Below, one piece after another: positions 50,865 to 54,265 of a stretch of 54,265 nt of DNA. The stretch is from Proteromonas lacertae (lineage: Eukaryota): the NCBI GenBank assembly GCA_002245135.1, contig NGBS01001198.1, positions 1 to 54,265 on the forward strand, in the 5' to 3' direction. The position numbers and the translations under genes were made by a program. The notes below the pieces were generated by a model. The model searched no databases and had not been told where the DNA came from. It saw only the letters and a list, made by a program, of their open reading frames with translations. Numbering within the stretch: position 1 is the first letter of the stretch; every line of letters starts with the position of its first letter.

Positions 50865-51982
50865 TTGTATATTTTTTGTATTTCATATTTTTTATTTGTA
50901 ACTTATAGTTTTTATAATGAAGTTGTGTTTAAAGAAGATAATTATATGATATTATCTCCATCAATTAATATTTATAATCGTTCAAATGGAATTACTAATA
51001 CAAAATGTATTAAGAAATATAATTATTTATCTTACCATAATAATAGAAAATACACAAATAATCCAGTTTCATTGTTGCCTATTTTGCTATGGTATCCACA
51101 TCATATAATGATAAAAGCATTTTATCATGCTATTGAGTTAATTAGAAATATGTGTAATAGAAATAACTCACAGGTTGTTTTTGCCATACTTACAGTTGAT
51201 TTAGACATTTCTTCTTTGTTTAATAAATATACATATATTTCTACTCAAATTGTAGTGGTTATAAATTATGCAAATATTTTCTAAATTTAGATTTTTCTTA
51301 TCAATTATATGATATAGGCGAAGCATATAAATGCTCAATAATATATGGAGGAATTAAACAAGATATATTTCCTTTGAGTTTTGTAAAGCGATCAATTCTT
51401 ACTCCTTATAATGAATGTATATTTTCAGGAAGATATGCTTCTGCAGTTAATTTATATCCTGCTTTGCCATATTTGCTAAAATTATTTGATTATTTTGATT
51501 ATGCTATTAAATATGATATTGATAATAAAGCTAGTAATTTATCATATAATATAGATATGTCCTATATAATAAGAAATAGATTTGAGTTAGTAGGTTGTAA
51601 CTTAGTTGATGAATAATAAAATATTAAGTACAAACATTTTTAAAATGATATTTAAGTTTTAGCAAACCAATCTATGAAATGTAAAGAAGCTATTTTTGGT
51701 AAAGGATTTAGTGAAAATGTTATTCAAAATGAAAATATTGTTCTACATGGTAGATTAACAGTGTCATGGCTAGGGTTATATAATTCTCCAGAAGTATTTG
51801 ATTTTTTAATGTATTATATATCTTACAAAGATGGAATATATAAATATAGATGGGGAGATCAACAGTTTTATTTAAATGCATTGTTATTATTTTCAGAGAA
51901 AAGTAGACTAGGATTTAGCAGTTCGAGAATGTGCAAATGCATGATATTAAAATGTTTTAATTTGAAATATGCACATTTGTAG
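50865..51982 (+). pseudogene. Second GT15-like glycosyltransferase, fragmented into three ORFs
   Basis: FDYAIKYDID and GIYKYRWGDQQFY (GT15-type RWGD motif). Fragments are collinear on one strand. Confidence 0.55.
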
Positions 51983-52018
51983 GACAAACAAAGAATACAT
52001 TATTATTTATAATAATTT

Positions 52019-53079
52019 CTATGTAGGCAAATTATATCCTATAAACTGAATATTTCTATAACTACACTTGCTAAAATATGAACCAAATAATGAAAATGTG
52101 CTGGCTCTAGTAAGTAATAATGATTCAGCATTTTTCATCATCATTATATCTTCTAATGATATATTTATGCAGTTATGATTTCTACTATGACATGGTAATG
52201 AATAATCAGTATGGATACTGTTTGATAATTGTGTTTTAATAATGTTTTTGATAGAATTAGAATCTGAAATTACTATTATCTTATTAGTTTTCTTACTTTT
52301 TAAGATTTGTATGGCTGATTCTATTACACTCATATTCAGATAATCTTTTAATGGTCTATTATCAGCATCACCCGTCCTTAAGTGTACAGCTAAATAGCTT
52401 TCATCGATTGATAAATTAAATCTTCTATAGAATCTATGTCTTATAAAATTACTATATGTTGGTAAAGGTTTTAAATATAAATCACAAATCTTTTTATTAA
52501 TTTCTCTTATATTAACAGCAATACTATTATCTATATTTTGTAATATTCCTTTATCTACTATTATTTTGTCATATACTTTGTATCTTAATATTTGTTCTGT
52601 AGAATACCAATGTTTATTTGCCCCAATTATTCTATTTTTAGATTTTAATGCTATAACCCCATCTGAAAAATATGCTACATTATAAAAATGAATAGAATAA
52701 AATTTAAGCGGTATATCAAAATAATTCCATAAGAGTTTCCAAGATACTATTATTTATAAATAAAAATGATACTAAACAAAGATCTTTCGGATAATAATGA
52801 TACAAATATTGAGCTAATAATCTGAAGCATAGAATTACCTAAACCCTAATACTATAATAGATTATTTACTTGCAAATGAACCTTATCATAAAATGCATAA
52901 CCTTTTTGAGTTTTATAGAATCTTTCTGTGATATATGACTGATGCTTTATATGTTTCGTTAATATAGTATTAGGAAAACTATTACTCGATCTATTTTTAT
53001 GAATTATAAACATTACAATAAATAACATTACTGATATACAATAAATTGTTTTTCTACAAACTAATGGGTAAAACATCAT
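52019..53079 (-). CDS. Alpha-1,2/1,6-fucosyltransferase-superfamily protein (GT11/GT23/GT37-like), spliced or interrupted
   Basis: TM anchor, GLGNSM, YLAVHLRTGD (motif I), IIVISDS (motif II) and DIMMM...STFS (motif III). Confidence 0.7.
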
Positions 53080-54265
53080 GAAATATAGAAACGATATACA
53101 AGTTTTGAGAGGATTTTCTATTATAATTATTGTTTTATATCATTCTAATATTTTAAAATACGGATATATTGCAGTATCAATATTTATCATTATCTCAGGA
53201 TATTTGGTAAAATCCAACATCTCATGTGCTAATATATTTATAAGGTATATGAGAATAATATTTCCATGTGTAACTTGTGTAAATATTATTGTATTGTTCT
53301 ATTTTAATTATATTTTTAAAGATCAATTATATGATATATATTATGAACTATTCTCAACTTTACTGATATATACAAATTATCACTTTATATATAATAGCAC
53401 AGATTATTTTAATCCTCCTGATATGTCATTATTTTTACATCATTGGTATATTTGCGTTGATGTACAATTATATTATACTTATTTACTGTTAAAATTTTTA
53501 CATATAAATTATTACTTCCTTATTGTAACTATATCCTTTTTAACATATTTTTTAACATATAACATATTAATTGTGTATAATTATTTTTCGTTTATTCCTA
53601 GACTATGGATATATTTATATCCCAAAACTTATATCATTGACGTAAAGAGCAAAAGTCTAAAATATTTATCATTAATAATTATGTTTAGTATAGTATCATA
53701 TTCAAAAGATTATCTTAATGAAAGAATTTACCTTTTTATTATTGTAAATTCAGCTTATGTATATATATATGTTTTATTTAATATTAGATTTGTTATATTT
53801 GAAATAGTAGGAATGCTATCTTATTATGTTTACCTTGTTCATTATCCAATTATTAGAACAGAGACTTTAAACATGTATTCAACTATGTTAATAACAATTT
53901 TCTCTTTTGTTTTATACATTATATTCAGTCAAAACCCTACAAAAAGAATAATAAGATACAAATTTATATATATATTATTCTTTATTATTAATATTTCTTT
54001 ATTCGTATATATCATGGGAAGTAAAATAAATGATACAGATAATAATTATAATTTAAATATTGACGCATATTCAATTAGAAGAATTGATAGAAGCAATTAT
54101 TGCTGCTATAATGGATTAATTAAAGATTTACAAAAGAAAGTGTTAATTGTTGGAGATTCACATGTATTTAATCTATTAAGTATTTTTTATAACATATTAA
54201 CAATTAACAGATATAAAATATATTTTAAATACATTCATACAGAGTTTATCATTAATAATAACACC
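53078..54265 (+). CDS. Acyltransferase-3 plus SGNH O-acyltransferase (OafA/OatA/YrhL-like); runs off the window end
   Basis: Absent from the ORF track. MKYRNDIQVLRGFSIIIIVLYH, GYIAVSIFIIISGYL, FLHHWYICVDVQLY, SYYVYLVHYPI and, in the same frame, KVLIVGDSH. Confidence 0.85.
   Translation, partial: MKYRNDIQVLRGFSIIIIVLYHSNILKYGYIAVSIFIIISGYLVKSNISCANIFIRYMRIIFPCVTCVNIIVLFYFNYIFKDQLYDIYYELFSTLLIYTNYHFIYNSTDYFNPPDMSLFLHHWYICVDVQLYYTYLLLKFLHINYYFLIVTISFLTYFLTYNILIVYNYFSFIPRLWIYLYPKTYIIDVKSKSLKYLSLIIMFSIVSYSKDYLNERIYLFIIVNSAYVYIYVLFNIRFVIFEIVGMLSYYVYLVHYPIIRTETLNMYSTMLITIFSFVLYIIFSQNPTKRIIRYKFIYILFFIINISLFVYIMGSKINDTDNNYNLNIDAYSIRRIDRSNYCCYNGLIKDLQKKVLIVGDSHVFNLLSIFYNILTINRYKIYFKYIHTEFIINNNT

Noticed and set aside
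52835..52850. Telomere-like CCTAAACCCTAA
   Set aside because: Only about two units, and it encodes the GLGN motif of the fucosyltransferase-like gene.
47080..54265. Bacterial contamination as the source of the glycan cluster
   Set aside because: Most genes have eukaryotic type II anchors and GT31/GT15/GT92 families, orientation alternates, no Shine-Dalgarno pattern is evident, and composition is as AT-rich as the host. Read-level confirmation is still advisable.

Overview
AT-rich eukaryotic DNA, gene-dense, with many ~26-34 nt GT-AG introns. The intron size and glycosyltransferase richness suggest a Blastocystis/Opalinata-like stramenopile (inference). The window has three zones. (1) 1 to ~10.9 kb looks like the right part of an endogenous Polinton-like/virophage-type virus. 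It has an adenain-type protease, an Arg-rich core-like protein with repeated [VI]xGG sites, orphan ORFs (two with host-type introns), and a terminal AGAGGAT/ATCCTCT array plus a GC hairpin. A 626-bp TG..CA MITE with 42-bp TIRs and a 5-bp TSD interrupts one of its genes. No capsid, ATPase, polymerase or integrase is visible in the window. (2) ~11.3-43.1 kb holds intron-rich host genes: WDR47, USP32, MEPCE, MMAB, RPL11, an HMG/polyQ/C2H2 factor, a pseudokinase-TPR, ARMC2, tRNA-Asp, a GT41-like protein, and a cysteine desulfurase-C2H2-TtcA fusion. (3) 43.7 kb to the end is a tightly packed, intron-poor cluster of ten glycan-biosynthesis genes resembling a bacterial capsule/O-antigen locus: GT-A, 2x GT31, GT92, 2x GT15-like, a fucosyltransferase-like gene, UDP-glucuronate 4-epimerase, a methyltransferase and an AT3-SGNH O-acyltransferase. 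Frameshifts and premature stops concentrate in zones 1 and 3. Family calls come from motif recognition by eye; no database search was run.
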